The notes below the pieces were generated by a model. That model saw nothing but the letters and a program-made list of their open reading frames with translations, was not told the origin of the DNA and searched no databases. A stretch of 64,000 nt of DNA, from contig CAAEHI010000052.1 in the NCBI GenBank assembly GCA_900755685.1, positions 39,150 through 103,149 of the forward strand, read 5' to 3'. The first letter of the stretch is position 1. Every line of letters begins with the position of its first letter. The stretch comes from an uncultured Collinsella sp. (GTDB lineage Bacteria; Actinomycetota; Coriobacteriia; Coriobacteriales; Coriobacteriaceae). The position numbers were made by a program, and so were the translations under genes. Positions 45,610-56,114 of the stretch are shown here, one piece after another.

Positions 45610-47073
45610 ATGTCAGATACGAAGGCGAAGAAGACAAACAGACGTTTTAAGTTCAAATTACCGCATGTCTATACGATCATGTTCTTGCTGATCGTTGTCT
45701 TTGCGGTTCTGACTTGGATCGTTCCCTCTGGTCAGTATCAGCGCAAGACGATTTCGACAGCGGCGGGCGAGCGTGAAGTCGCCGTTGCTGGAACCTATGA
45801 ACAGGTCGATAAGAACTACACCGATTCCGAGACCGGCGAGACCATCAATCTGGGCCAGGATATCTTCGCGGTTCTGCAAGCGCCCACCAAGGGTATCCAA
45901 GAGGCTGCCGACGTCGTTGCGTTCGTCTTATTGATTGGCGGATCGTTCGCGATCATCACCAAGACCAACGCTTTGAATGCCGGCATGAGCCGTGTGATTA
46001 AAAAGCTCAAGAACAAGGACATCCTCATCATCCCCATCACGATGACATTGCTGTCCATTTGCGGCACTACGTTTGGTATGTCTGAGGAAGCCCTGCCGTT
46101 CTATGCCATCTTCATTCCCATCATGATGGGTATCGGTTATGACTCGATGACGGCATTCATCATCTGCTTCCTTGGTCCTAACCTGGGATATTGTGCTTCG
46201 ACCATCGACCCGTTTAATGTTTTGATCGCCCAAGGCATCATTGGCATCGAGGGTAATCCGCAACTGTGGCTGCGCGCCGTTTCTTGGGTCATCTTCACTG
46301 CCGTCGGTATCGCATGGGCCATGCGCTACGCCATGCGCGTCAAGAAAAACCCCGAGTCGTCCATTGTGTACGAGGACGATAAGCTCAAGCGTATCGAGTT
46401 TTCCGTGACCGATGCCTCCATCGAGGAAGAGTTCACTATCCGTCAGAAGCTCGTGCTTATCGATTTTGCTTGCGGTATGGGCATTATCGTCTGGGGTCTT
46501 GTTACCCAGGGCTGGTACATGAATGAGATTTCCGCCGTGTTCCTTGGCATGGGCTTGCTTGCCGGTATCCTGGGCGGCCTTGACCAGCAGACGATCGCAG
46601 AGGAGTTCGTTAAGGGTCTCGCCGACTTTGCGTACGCTGCCATCGTTATCGGTATCGCTCGCGGTATTCTGGTCGTCGCCGAGGGCGGCATGATCATCGA
46701 CACCATCCTCCAGGCGCTCGCTACCGCGCTTGCCGGTGCACCCGCCGCCGTCTACACCACGTTTATGTATATCGTCCTTGGCCTGCTCTCTTTGCTGGTT
46801 CCCTCGAGTTCTGGCCTGGCGGCGCTCACCATGCCCGTTATGGGCCCCCTGACCGAGCTCATGGGCCTCAATCCCGAGGCGGCCGTCACCGCGCTCCAGT
46901 TTGCCAACCAGACCATCAACACCATCAGCCCCGTGGCGGGCATGACGGTCGCCGGTCTTGCCGTGGCTAGGATTTCGTTTGGCCAATGGTGGAAGACCAT
47001 TTGGAAGTTCTTCATTTTCATGGTCGTCTTTGGCGTGATTGTAACGGCAATCTCTGGCATGCTTCCGGTGTAG
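45610..47073 (+). CDS. YfcC/DcuC-type anaerobic carrier-family transporter
   Basis: RBS ggaggt before the ATG at 45610. ~12 predicted TM segments; MSDTKAKKTNRRFKFKLPHVYTIMFLLIVVFAVLTWIVPSG is a typical YfcC N-terminus. Confidence 0.7.
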   Translation: MSDTKAKKTNRRFKFKLPHVYTIMFLLIVVFAVLTWIVPSGQYQRKTISTAAGEREVAVAGTYEQVDKNYTDSETGETINLGQDIFAVLQAPTKGIQEAADVVAFVLLIGGSFAIITKTNALNAGMSRVIKKLKNKDILIIPITMTLLSICGTTFGMSEEALPFYAIFIPIMMGIGYDSMTAFIICFLGPNLGYCASTIDPFNVLIAQGIIGIEGNPQLWLRAVSWVIFTAVGIAWAMRYAMRVKKNPESSIVYEDDKLKRIEFSVTDASIEEEFTIRQKLVLIDFACGMGIIVWGLVTQGWYMNEISAVFLGMGLLAGILGGLDQQTIAEEFVKGLADFAYAAIVIGIARGILVVAEGGMIIDTILQALATALAGAPAAVYTTFMYIVLGLLSLLVPSSSGLAALTMPVMGPLTELMGLNPEAAVTALQFANQTINTISPVAGMTVAGLAVARISFGQWWKTIWKFFIFMVVFGVIVTAISGMLPV

Positions 47074-47082
47074 GTGGTTGTG

Positions 47083-48666
47083 ATGTCTGATCGTTTGACG
47101 GTCCTGACGTCTAAGAGCGTCTTTACCGGTACGGGGGACCTGCCGTTTGAAGGTTTCGTAGCGGTCCGTGCCAATCGAATTGAGGCTGTTGGCACCAAGT
47201 GTGAGGTAGCTTCGTATTTGACCCAGGCGGACGAGGTAGTTGACCTGGGCGACCGCACTGTCATGCCTGGCCTGATCGATGTGCATACCTTCTATACAGG
47301 TTGGGCGCTGCGGACGTTGGGTTCTGATCTGTCCGGCATCGCTGATGCCAAAGAGGCTGTGTCGCTCTTGCGTGCGTGGAAAGAAGATCATCCGGATTGC
47401 GCGGCGGTTTTTGGCCACAACCTACCCGAAACGTTGGCATCGGATGCCGAGAACGCAAATACGGCAGCTGTGTTTGACGATTGTTTTGGCGATATCCCTG
47501 TCGTCTGCTTTACACCGGGAGCGGAGACCTGCGTTCTCAATGCTGCCGCCAGTGCGCGATACGGCTTTACACCCCAGGCGTGCTATGCCGAGAAGATCTG
47601 GCGCATGATGAGCGATTTCCTCGCGCTGCCCGAGGTGCGTGCCGGGTATTCGGACTACATGAGCATGCTTAACGAGCGTGGCGTTACCGCCATCAAGGAA
47701 ATGGCGTTTGATGACTACTACGGCTTTGCCGACGAAATGGCTCGCCGTGAGGAATCTGGTGAGCTGACGGTTCGCGTCTCTATGATGTCGCAGCCGGTGG
47801 GCGCCGGTGCAAATCTGGCATATGCCCGCGAGGCGCGAGAGCGCTTCCGGGGACCGTTCGTTCGTTTTTCTGGCTTCAACCGTATGACCGATCGCGGCGT
47901 ATGGGCGGGGCTTGCCGAGATGATAGACCCCTATGAGGACTCGGCCGATGCGGGCGCTGCCGGCAAGACGGTCGTCGAGGAGCCAGAGTGGGATCTGATT
48001 GAGAACGAGCTGCGTGCAATTGATGCTGACGGCTTCCGATATTCCTTGCATTGCCAGGGCGATGGCGCCGTTCGTCGCACCGTGGCGCTCTATGCCTCGC
48101 TGCCTCGAGACGAGCATGGACGGATGCTTCGCCGCCATGCGATTACCGATCTCGAGAACTCTGACCCGACCGACCTTGTCGAGTTTGGCAAGTTAGGTGG
48201 AATTTGCGAGGTCTATCCGCAGATTCTGACGCTGGACCGGCGCGAGGATTGCCTGTCGATGATGCGTCGACAAATTGGCGAGACGCGACTTTTGCACAGC
48301 TGGAATCGCCGCGGCATGGAAGATTCCGGATGCACAGTGTGCTGCGGCACGGATTTGCCGCTGCTGATTCCGAGCCTGGGCGAGTCAATCTACAGCGCGT
48401 GCGGCGGATTCTTCGCCGACGGACTGCCCGTGAATGAGGTCAACACGCTGACGCTTGTCGAGCTCTTGCGCGCTTGGACTGCCGGGGGCGCGTACGATCT
48501 GATGCGCGAGGACGAGCTGGGTACGCTTGAGGTTGGCAAGCTTGCCGATATCTGCGTGCTCGATCGGGATGTGTTCGACCTCGATTATCGCGACGCACGC
48601 GATCTTGCGGTTGATATGACGATGTCGGACGGACAAATCGTGTTCGATCGAAATAAGGAGGCATAA
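47083..48666 (+). CDS. Metal-dependent amidohydrolase (amidohydrolase-3 family)
   Basis: MPGLIDVHTFY is the metal-binding HxH region. C-terminal GTDLP…D motif. RBS aggtgg. Confidence 0.75.
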   Translation: MSDRLTVLTSKSVFTGTGDLPFEGFVAVRANRIEAVGTKCEVASYLTQADEVVDLGDRTVMPGLIDVHTFYTGWALRTLGSDLSGIADAKEAVSLLRAWKEDHPDCAAVFGHNLPETLASDAENANTAAVFDDCFGDIPVVCFTPGAETCVLNAAASARYGFTPQACYAEKIWRMMSDFLALPEVRAGYSDYMSMLNERGVTAIKEMAFDDYYGFADEMARREESGELTVRVSMMSQPVGAGANLAYAREARERFRGPFVRFSGFNRMTDRGVWAGLAEMIDPYEDSADAGAAGKTVVEEPEWDLIENELRAIDADGFRYSLHCQGDGAVRRTVALYASLPRDEHGRMLRRHAITDLENSDPTDLVEFGKLGGICEVYPQILTLDRREDCLSMMRRQIGETRLLHSWNRRGMEDSGCTVCCGTDLPLLIPSLGESIYSACGGFFADGLPVNEVNTLTLVELLRAWTAGGAYDLMREDELGTLEVGKLADICVLDRDVFDLDYRDARDLAVDMTMSDGQIVFDRNKEA

Positions 48667-48667
48667 G

Positions 48668-49519
48668 ATGTCTGAATCCAAACCGACGCTGCGCCGCGAG
48701 CAGATTGCGGGCATGAATATCCACTACATCATGTGGTCGCTCGATTACTTCCTTGATGTGCAGCAGCGTTTGGGCTTTGAGTCCATTGAGCTGTGGTGTG
48801 CAGAGCCGCATGTGACGCTCGACCACACGGGCTACTTTGAGGCTGAGGTCCTGGCGAAAAAGGCTGCAGGCCGTGGGCTTAGGTATCGTACTCTGTGCCC
48901 CGAGAACGTTGTCTATCCTTGGCAGTACTGCGCACGCAAACCGCTGCATGAACAGCGCAGCCTGGCGTACTTTAAGCACGGCATTGAGCTTGCCGAGGTA
49001 CTTGGGTGCGACCGTATGTCCGTCAACTCGGGCTGGGGCGACTGGGACGAGGACCGCGAGGAAGCCTGGAAGCGCAGCCGCGAGCACTTGTCCATTCTGG
49101 CGGAGTATGCCGGCGAGCACGGTCTGGTGCTTACGATGGAAAGTCTGCGTCCCGAGGAGAGCAACCTTGTGACGACGGTTTCCGATGCGAAGCGCATGAT
49201 TGACGAGGTCGCGAGCCCGTACTTACAGCCCATGGTTGATACAACCGCGATGGGCGTTGCAGGCGAGACGCTCGAGGACTGGTTTGCCGCCTTTGGTGAT
49301 GGGGCAATTCACGAGATGCACTTTATCGACGGTGACCCGTATGGCCATCTGGTGTGGGGCGATGGCAAGCACGATATGGACGCCTTCGTCGCCACGCTCA
49401 ACGCCCATGGTTTCGACGGCATGCTGGGCCAGGAAATCACGGACGGTCGTTACTACGATGATCCGGCGGCGGCAGATGCCAAGAACATGGCCGCATTCGA
49501 GAAATATCTGATTGACTAA
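48668..49519 (+). CDS. Sugar-phosphate isomerase/epimerase (xylose-isomerase-like TIM barrel; FrlC-like)
   Basis: 283 aa AP_endonuc_2/xylose-isomerase-like fold; the start follows the amidohydrolase stop by 1 nt. Confidence 0.7.
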   Translation: MSESKPTLRREQIAGMNIHYIMWSLDYFLDVQQRLGFESIELWCAEPHVTLDHTGYFEAEVLAKKAAGRGLRYRTLCPENVVYPWQYCARKPLHEQRSLAYFKHGIELAEVLGCDRMSVNSGWGDWDEDREEAWKRSREHLSILAEYAGEHGLVLTMESLRPEESNLVTTVSDAKRMIDEVASPYLQPMVDTTAMGVAGETLEDWFAAFGDGAIHEMHFIDGDPYGHLVWGDGKHDMDAFVATLNAHGFDGMLGQEITDGRYYDDPAAADAKNMAAFEKYLID

Positions 49520-49580
49520 AACAACTATCGGCCACGCAGCCAACGTCATTGATTGCGGCCAAACAAGAAAGGAACTGGAT

Positions 49581-50549
49581 ATGAACGCACACGATCTGAT
49601 CAAAGAGGCAATTGCCGAGAAGGGCAAGTTCGACAGCGTCTACTGGATTGCTTGCGGTGGCTCCATGATCGATTTGATCCCGGCTCATGAGCTTCTGCAG
49701 CGCGAGGCAACCACCTTCACTTCGTATATCTATACGGCTCGCGAGTTTGATATCATGCGTCCGCGTCGTCTGGGCGAGAAGTCCCTGGTCATCGCTTGCA
49801 GCCACAGCGGCAACACCCCGGAGGTCGTCGAGGGCTGCGAGATTGCCCTTGCTGCCGGCGCTACGGTGATCGCCCAGACCGACAACGCTGGATCCAAGAT
49901 CGACTCCGGCAAGTGGACCACGTGGGTCTACCCATGGGGCGAGGGCGTGCCGCAGGCCGAGGTCCCCGCTGGCATTTCGCTGTCGCTTGCGGCAGAGCTG
50001 CTCGATCAACAGGAGGGCTACGCCGATCTTGCCGATATGTATGCCGGTATCGCCGAGATGGATAAGATTCTTCCCCCGGCACGCGAGAAGGTAAATGCCG
50101 AGCTGGGCGATCGCTTTGCCAAGCTTTGCCAGGAGCACGAGTTCTTCTATATTCTGGGCAGCGGTCCCAACTTTAGCCAGACCTACGGTTTTGCTATCTG
50201 CTCTCTTATGGAGATGCAGTGGCAGCACTGCAGCTACATCCACTCTGCCGAGTACTTCCATGGCCCCTTCGAGGCTACTCAGGATGGCGTTTTTTACTTC
50301 CTGCAGATGGGCTCCAGCGAGTGCCGTGCTATGGACGAGCGCGCCCTGGCGTTCCTTAAGACGCATACCGATACGCTGATGGTGCTCGATGCCAAGGAGT
50401 ACGGTATGGAAGCCGTGCCGGCGAGCGTCCGTGCCTATCTGGACCCGGTGCTGTTCTACGCCATGAACTGCGAGCTGCGTGCTGTACGCGGCAAGGTGTT
50501 TGATCACGATCCCGATTTCCGTCGCTATATGGGTGTTGTCGAGTACTAG
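49581..50549 (+). CDS. SIS-domain protein (FrlB/GlmS-C-like sugar-amine deglycase or isomerase)
   Basis: RBS aaagga before the ATG at 49581. Two SIS domains (…VYWIACGGSMIDL…IACSHSGNTPEVV… / …FFYILGSGPNF…). Confidence 0.8.
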   Translation: MNAHDLIKEAIAEKGKFDSVYWIACGGSMIDLIPAHELLQREATTFTSYIYTAREFDIMRPRRLGEKSLVIACSHSGNTPEVVEGCEIALAAGATVIAQTDNAGSKIDSGKWTTWVYPWGEGVPQAEVPAGISLSLAAELLDQQEGYADLADMYAGIAEMDKILPPAREKVNAELGDRFAKLCQEHEFFYILGSGPNFSQTYGFAICSLMEMQWQHCSYIHSAEYFHGPFEATQDGVFYFLQMGSSECRAMDERALAFLKTHTDTLMVLDAKEYGMEAVPASVRAYLDPVLFYAMNCELRAVRGKVFDHDPDFRRYMGVVEY

Positions 50550-50563
50550 AAGGGACAAAGGCC

Positions 50564-51427
50564 ATGGCATTTAACGTTAACGCGCTCGGATTTGGCGACA
50601 ACGTCGTCGATCGCTATGAGCATATCCACACCATGTATCCCGGCGGCAATGCGGTGAACTTCGCCGTTTATGCCAAGAAATGCGGTGCCGCACGCTCCGC
50701 ATACATGGGCATTTTTGGCAATGATGCCGCTGCCGAGCATGTCATTGCAAGCCTCGAGGATGAGGGTATCGAGCTTGACAAGTGCGAGCAGATGATTGGC
50801 GAAAACGGAGCGGCTCGTGTGACCGTCGTTGACGGTGACCGTGTCTTCCTTGGCTCCAACGAGGGCGGTATCCGTGGCGATGCGCGCTATGTCCTCGATC
50901 GCTTTGACCTTGCGTACATGAAGCAGTTCGATGTGGTTCATTCGGGCAACTATTGCTTCACCGAGCGCGAGCTGCCCAAGTTGAAGGCTGCGGGCGTCAC
51001 GGTCTCTTTTGACTTTTCGGACGACTCCACCGACGAGTACTACGAGCAGATTGCGCCCTACGTCGATTTCGCTTTCTTTAGTGCGGCGGATGCCGCGAGT
51101 GAGGACGAGATTCGCGAACGTCTGGCATGGGTGAAGGGCCTGGGTCCGCGTTTTGTGTCGGCTACGGCGGGCGCCGAGGGCTGCATTGCTTACGACGGCG
51201 AGCGCTATTACCGCCAGCTGGCTAAACCGGTAACGGACATGAAGGACACCATGGGGGCGGGCGACTCGTTCCTCACCTCGTTTTTGATGTGCTATCTCGA
51301 TTCCGCCAAGCGTGGTGAGGATGGCGCCGAGGCCATCGAACGCGCGCTCGACTTTGCTGCCGGGTTTGCCTCGACCGTGTGCGGTATGGAAGGTTCTTGG
51401 GGCCACGGAGCGCCAATCGTCGAATAG
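50564..51427 (+). CDS. PfkB-family sugar kinase (FrlD-like)
   Basis: Ribokinase-like fold with the C-terminal GAGDSF anion hole and DT-GAGD motif. Confidence 0.8.
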   Translation: MAFNVNALGFGDNVVDRYEHIHTMYPGGNAVNFAVYAKKCGAARSAYMGIFGNDAAAEHVIASLEDEGIELDKCEQMIGENGAARVTVVDGDRVFLGSNEGGIRGDARYVLDRFDLAYMKQFDVVHSGNYCFTERELPKLKAAGVTVSFDFSDDSTDEYYEQIAPYVDFAFFSAADAASEDEIRERLAWVKGLGPRFVSATAGAEGCIAYDGERYYRQLAKPVTDMKDTMGAGDSFLTSFLMCYLDSAKRGEDGAEAIERALDFAAGFASTVCGMEGSWGHGAPIVE

Positions 51428-51548
51428 CTTAAGAAAGCGTACGGCGGTCTGGCTATGAGGCCTTGGACAGCCGATGCAAAACAATAAGCGAAACGCGAAA
51501 AGGGGGCTCGCCATGTGGTGGGTCCCCTTTTGAACATTGGAGAAGACC

Positions 51549-52349
51549 ATGGGTATTAAAGCGTGCGCGGCTGGTTTTTGCTGTGCGGACGTCTATCAAA
51601 ACATCGGCGTGTTCTATCCGACTGGTAATGGCATTGACTGGGGTATCCATCTTGCACGAATGGGCGTTTCGGTATCCGCCGTGTCGGTTGTCGGCAAGGA
51701 CGAGTACGGAGACAAGATGAGAGAGGCGCTGGCCGCTGAGGGGCTCGATATCTCACATCTGCGGGTGGAGGATGGCGACACCTCGGTGATGCTCATGGCA
51801 TTGAAAGACGGCGTCGATCGCGTGCATCTCGAGGCAATCGATGGCGTAATGGAGACATATCGACCGAATGAAGATGACCGGGCGTTTATCCTAGAGCATG
51901 ACATCATTCATACCGACCTGTTTGGCAATTGTTTGGACCTCCTGCCCGAATGGCACGATGCGGGCAAGACGGTGGTTATGGACTTCTCGGTGTTCAGCCA
52001 GGATCCCGAATATGCATGTGAGGCTCATTTTCCTTACGTTGACTACGCATTCATGTCGTTTGAAGAGGACACTCCGGAGCTACGAGACTGGGTACGCCAC
52101 GTGCAGGGATTGGGACCGCGCGTTGCGGTTGCCACGCTTGGCGAGAAGGGAAGCATTGCCTATGACGGTGAGCGCTTCTATGAGTGCGGGATCGTACCGG
52201 CGGAGAAGGTCGTTAATACCGTGGGTGCCGGCGACTCGTATATTGCCGGGTTTACCAAGGGCGTGATCGATGGCCTTAATATTCCGGCGTGTATGAAGGC
52301 GGGCGCTGAGCTGTCGTCCCGAGTGATTGGTTCGTTTGAGCCGTACTAG
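51549..52349 (+). CDS. PfkB-family sugar kinase, second paralogue
   Basis: RBS ggagaag. VGAGDSYIAGF motif. Same architecture as 50564-51427 but divergent. Confidence 0.75.
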   Translation: MGIKACAAGFCCADVYQNIGVFYPTGNGIDWGIHLARMGVSVSAVSVVGKDEYGDKMREALAAEGLDISHLRVEDGDTSVMLMALKDGVDRVHLEAIDGVMETYRPNEDDRAFILEHDIIHTDLFGNCLDLLPEWHDAGKTVVMDFSVFSQDPEYACEAHFPYVDYAFMSFEEDTPELRDWVRHVQGLGPRVAVATLGEKGSIAYDGERFYECGIVPAEKVVNTVGAGDSYIAGFTKGVIDGLNIPACMKAGAELSSRVIGSFEPY

Positions 52350-52355
52350 GGTCAA

Positions 52356-53237
52356 ATGCCTGGAAAGGAGTACGAAATGGTTATCGACATGTTGGTCCAT
52401 CCTATGCTCTACGGCGAGATCTGTACGCCGGGTGATGAGCCTGATGGATTCGGCTTTTGGTCACGAGAATTTGGTATGGGGCATATGGGCCCCATGGATT
52501 GGGATGAGCTTCAAGTCGAGATGGACGTCTGCGATGTGCAGAAGAGCGTGCTCATGCCGCTCGATGTAACCACGGCATGCGGAGGGCACTTTGGCACCAA
52601 TGACCAGATTGCCATGCTGGTTGCCGCGCATCCCGATCGTCTGTGGGGATTTGCGAGTGTAGACCCGCAGGTGAGCGGTGCCGCAGACGAATTGGAGCGC
52701 GCCTTTACCGAGTTGGGGGCAAAGGGGCTTTGCCTGCATCCTGCAAAGCAGGGTTTTGCCCCCGATGATGCTGTGGCCGAGCCGCTTTACGAGCTGTGCG
52801 AGCGCTATAACAAGCCGGTGGTTTTCCATGCCGGTATGTCTTGGGAGCCTGGCGCAGAGCTCTCGCGCAGTAACCCGCTTGCATTTGAGCACACAATCGC
52901 AACGCATCCAAATGTGCGCTTTAGTTTGGCCCACTTTGGCTGGCCCTGGGTGCGCGAGACCGTGGCGATGCTGCTCAAGTATCCCAACTGCTACACGGAC
53001 ACCTCTATCACTTACATCGATTCGCCCGAGGAGATGATGCAGCGTCTTTTCACGGTCGATATGGGGCCGCTGTGGTATGAGCGCGCGCTATCGCACCAAG
53101 TGATGTTCGCCAGCAATACGCCGCGCTTCCGTGCATTCAAACTCAAGCGGGCGCTCGATACCGTGCCCATGCGCGATGATGCGCGAGAAAGGCTCTACTG
53201 GGGTAATGCCCTGCGTTTTCTTGAAGGGGATGAGTAA
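52356..53237 (+). CDS. Amidohydrolase-2 family TIM-barrel metal-dependent hydrolase
   Basis: 293 aa; ends with the Amidohydro_2-type block HFGWPW…. Confidence 0.65.
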   Translation: MPGKEYEMVIDMLVHPMLYGEICTPGDEPDGFGFWSREFGMGHMGPMDWDELQVEMDVCDVQKSVLMPLDVTTACGGHFGTNDQIAMLVAAHPDRLWGFASVDPQVSGAADELERAFTELGAKGLCLHPAKQGFAPDDAVAEPLYELCERYNKPVVFHAGMSWEPGAELSRSNPLAFEHTIATHPNVRFSLAHFGWPWVRETVAMLLKYPNCYTDTSITYIDSPEEMMQRLFTVDMGPLWYERALSHQVMFASNTPRFRAFKLKRALDTVPMRDDARERLYWGNALRFLEGDE

Positions 53238-53239
53238 AC

Positions 53240-53668
53240 ATGGTGACGCTCGAGACATTGAGCTATCTATCGACTGCTCCGGACCAGTTCATCGATATTA
53301 CCGAAGACGTGCACGCTGCCATCGAACGCAGCTCGGTGACCAATGGCTTGGCAGCGATTATTTTGTCGCATACGACCTGTGGAATCGTGGTAAACGAGGG
53401 GCTGCCCTGCGTGGAGACGGATCTTATGGAGACGCTTGATCGCATCGCCCCACTCGATGCCCCCTATGCGCATGCACACTTCCTGCCGAGCTATGGAGCC
53501 ACCGGCAACAACTCCTGTGGGCATATCAAGAGCATGATTTGTGGAAACAGTTGCTTCTTTCCCGTTCAAGATGGCCACATCGTGTGCGGAAGTGCCCAGA
53601 ACATCTATCTTGCGGAGTTTGACGGTCCGCAGAAGCGAAAAGTGTACGTCGAGGTGCTGGGGGAGTAA
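53240..53668 (+). CDS. YjbQ/UPF0047-family protein
   Basis: 142 aa. FIDITEDVHAAIERSSVTNGLAAIILSHTTCGIVVNE is typical YjbQ. Confidence 0.75.
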   Translation: MVTLETLSYLSTAPDQFIDITEDVHAAIERSSVTNGLAAIILSHTTCGIVVNEGLPCVETDLMETLDRIAPLDAPYAHAHFLPSYGATGNNSCGHIKSMICGNSCFFPVQDGHIVCGSAQNIYLAEFDGPQKRKVYVEVLGE

Positions 53669-53701
53669 CGTCCCTGCAATAACCCTATGAAGGAGCACGT
53701 T

Positions 53702-54511
53702 ATGTCGTTTCTAACTTCGATGTTCAAGACCGAAAAGCCGGTTATCGGAATGCTGCACCTGCGTCCTCTGCCGGGCGATCCACTGTATTACCCGGGCGGA
53801 AGCGTGTCGCAGGTCGTGGAAGCCGCCAAGCGCGATCTCGAGGCGTTGCAGCAGGGCGGTGTCGATGGCATTTTGATTACCAATGAGCTCTCGATGCCCT
53901 ATGAGCAGCACGTTTCTCCCTCAACCCTTGCATCGATGGGCTATGTTATCGGGGCTCTATCCCATGATCTGTCGACTCCTTGGGGAGCTGAGGCTATTTA
54001 CGATGGTGATGCCACAATCGAGCTGTGCGCTGCCGTCGATGCGCAGTTCACGCGCTGCAATTTTTGCGGTGCCTGGGCCGGTGATCTCGGGCTGATTAAC
54101 CGAGATTTCGCGCACACCATGCGTCGCAAGGCGGCGCTCCGCCTGGATGACCTCAAGCTTTTTCACTTCATCACGAGCGAGGGGGAGGTTTATCTCAACG
54201 ACCGCACGACTGCGGACATTGCCGATTCACTTCTCTTTAATTGCCTTCCGGATGCAATGGTCATCGGCGGTTCGGCTGCCGGTCGTGGCGCTTCGGGCGA
54301 GCTTGCCGATGAAGTCCGCGAGCGTGTTGGCGAAGTACCCGTGGTATGTGGCACCGGTTGTCGCGAAAATACCGTGGCTGACGTATTTGCTCACTACGAT
54401 GGCGCGTTTGTCGGCACCTGCTTAAAGCGCGACGGAAAGCTGGATGCTCCGGTTGATGTTGAGCGGGTAGCTCGTTTTATGGCTGCCGCTCGTACGGCGC
54501 GAGGGGAGTAG
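53702..54511 (+). CDS. BtpA/SgcQ-family TIM-barrel protein
   Basis: RBS aaggag. …KPVIGMLHLRPLPGDPLY…GVDGILITNE… is the BtpA signature. Confidence 0.7.
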   Translation: MSFLTSMFKTEKPVIGMLHLRPLPGDPLYYPGGSVSQVVEAAKRDLEALQQGGVDGILITNELSMPYEQHVSPSTLASMGYVIGALSHDLSTPWGAEAIYDGDATIELCAAVDAQFTRCNFCGAWAGDLGLINRDFAHTMRRKAALRLDDLKLFHFITSEGEVYLNDRTTADIADSLLFNCLPDAMVIGGSAAGRGASGELADEVRERVGEVPVVCGTGCRENTVADVFAHYDGAFVGTCLKRDGKLDAPVDVERVARFMAAARTARGE

Positions 54512-54517
54512 GCACCT

Positions 54518-56035
54518 ATGGCGCTCTATCTGGGTATTGATATTGGGACAAGCGCCTCTAAAGGCGTTTTAATCGATGATCGATGCAATATCGTTTGCCA
54601 AGCCTCTTGTGGACATGAGACGGACAACCCGTGTGACGGATGGTACCAGCATGATGCAGAGGCAGTCTGGTGGGGCGATTTTTGCCGCTTGTCGCGCGAG
54701 CTGGTGGCGCGATCGGGGGTTAACGCGGCACAGATCGGATGCGTGGGCCTTTCCGCATTGGGTTGCGATTGTGTGCCGGTCGATACCGAGTGCAACGCGC
54801 TGGCGCCCGCGATTTTGTATGGAGTCGATGCACGTTCGAAGCCGCAGATTGACGAGCTCCTTTCCGAATATGGGTCAGATCGCGCACGCGAGCTTTTCGG
54901 GCACGATCCCTGTTCGTCAGATATTGCTCCCAAGATCTTGTGGTTTAAGGAGAATATGCCCGAGGTGCACGAACGTGCCGCGAAGTTCCTGACGGCGTCA
55001 TCGTTTCTATGCGCAAAGATGACGGGGCGTTTTACGGTGGACCGTTATTTGGCGGAGGATTTTCTTCCCCTATACGACCGCTACACCTGGAAGGTTGATG
55101 CTCGTGAATGTGCTCGTTTCTGCCGACCTGACCAGATGGCGGAGGTAATGTCGGCTACCGATATTGCCGGGGTGATTACGCAGCGTGCGGCAGAGGCGAC
55201 GGGGCTCGCGGCAGGGACACCTGTCTTAGTGGGAACGGGCGACTCTGGTGCCGAGGCCATTTCGACGGGTGTATTCCGTCCCGGCGATATGATGGTTCAG
55301 TTGGGGAGTACGGCGTATTTCATCTACCTAGCTGATCATATGATCGATGATGCCCGCCTGTGGCCAGGGACGTTTATCATTCCCGGAACTTACGGGATCT
55401 GCGCGGGGACCAATACGGCGGGTGCGCTCACATCGTGGCTGCGCCAAGAGCTGTATCGCGATGCCGTGGAGGCCGAGGACCACGGTGACCCCGATGCATA
55501 TTCGGTTATGGCGCATGATGCCGCCGACGTGGCGCCGGGTGCCGATGGGCTCCTGTGTCTGCCGTACTTTGCGGGGGAGCGTACTCCGCTCAACGATCCC
55601 GAGGCGCGTGGCGTCTTCTTTGGCCTGACCGGAAGGCATACGCGAGCCCATATGGTTCGCGCCGCCTTGGAAGGCGTCGCGTATACCGTTGCATCCCATG
55701 TCGACATTATCGAGCGAGAGCATGGACTGCCAATTGGGCGCATTATGCTTGTCGGAGGTGGAACCAAGAATCCAGTTTGGATGCAGGCTATCGCCGACGT
55801 ATGCGGGCGCGAGGTCTCGGTTGCCAAGGTTACGGTGGGTGCATGCTTCGGTGATGCCATCATGGCAGCTCTCGCAGGTGGCGCCTATGCATCATGGGAT
55901 GAACTCGCCCGAGTCCTTGGCGTTGCGCAAACAATCGTGCCCGATATGACTGCCCATGAGTTATATGCGTCGCGCCGTCATATCTTTGACGAATTGTATG
56001 CACGCAACCGTGATCTCATGCACGAATTGGTGTAA
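54518..56035 (+). CDS. FGGY-family carbohydrate kinase (xylulokinase-like)
   Basis: MALYLGIDIGTSASKGVLID… N-terminal actin-like ATPase motif and …GGGTKNPVWMQ… C-terminal motif. Confidence 0.85.
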   Translation: MALYLGIDIGTSASKGVLIDDRCNIVCQASCGHETDNPCDGWYQHDAEAVWWGDFCRLSRELVARSGVNAAQIGCVGLSALGCDCVPVDTECNALAPAILYGVDARSKPQIDELLSEYGSDRARELFGHDPCSSDIAPKILWFKENMPEVHERAAKFLTASSFLCAKMTGRFTVDRYLAEDFLPLYDRYTWKVDARECARFCRPDQMAEVMSATDIAGVITQRAAEATGLAAGTPVLVGTGDSGAEAISTGVFRPGDMMVQLGSTAYFIYLADHMIDDARLWPGTFIIPGTYGICAGTNTAGALTSWLRQELYRDAVEAEDHGDPDAYSVMAHDAADVAPGADGLLCLPYFAGERTPLNDPEARGVFFGLTGRHTRAHMVRAALEGVAYTVASHVDIIEREHGLPIGRIMLVGGGTKNPVWMQAIADVCGREVSVAKVTVGACFGDAIMAALAGGAYASWDELARVLGVAQTIVPDMTAHELYASRRHIFDELYARNRDLMHELV

Positions 56036-56114
56036 TGCTGCCGAATTGTACTGCCTACCAATAGGGACTGCGTTGTACGATTCGCATGTCCCTTGGCATT
56101 TTAGCCCACAGGGG

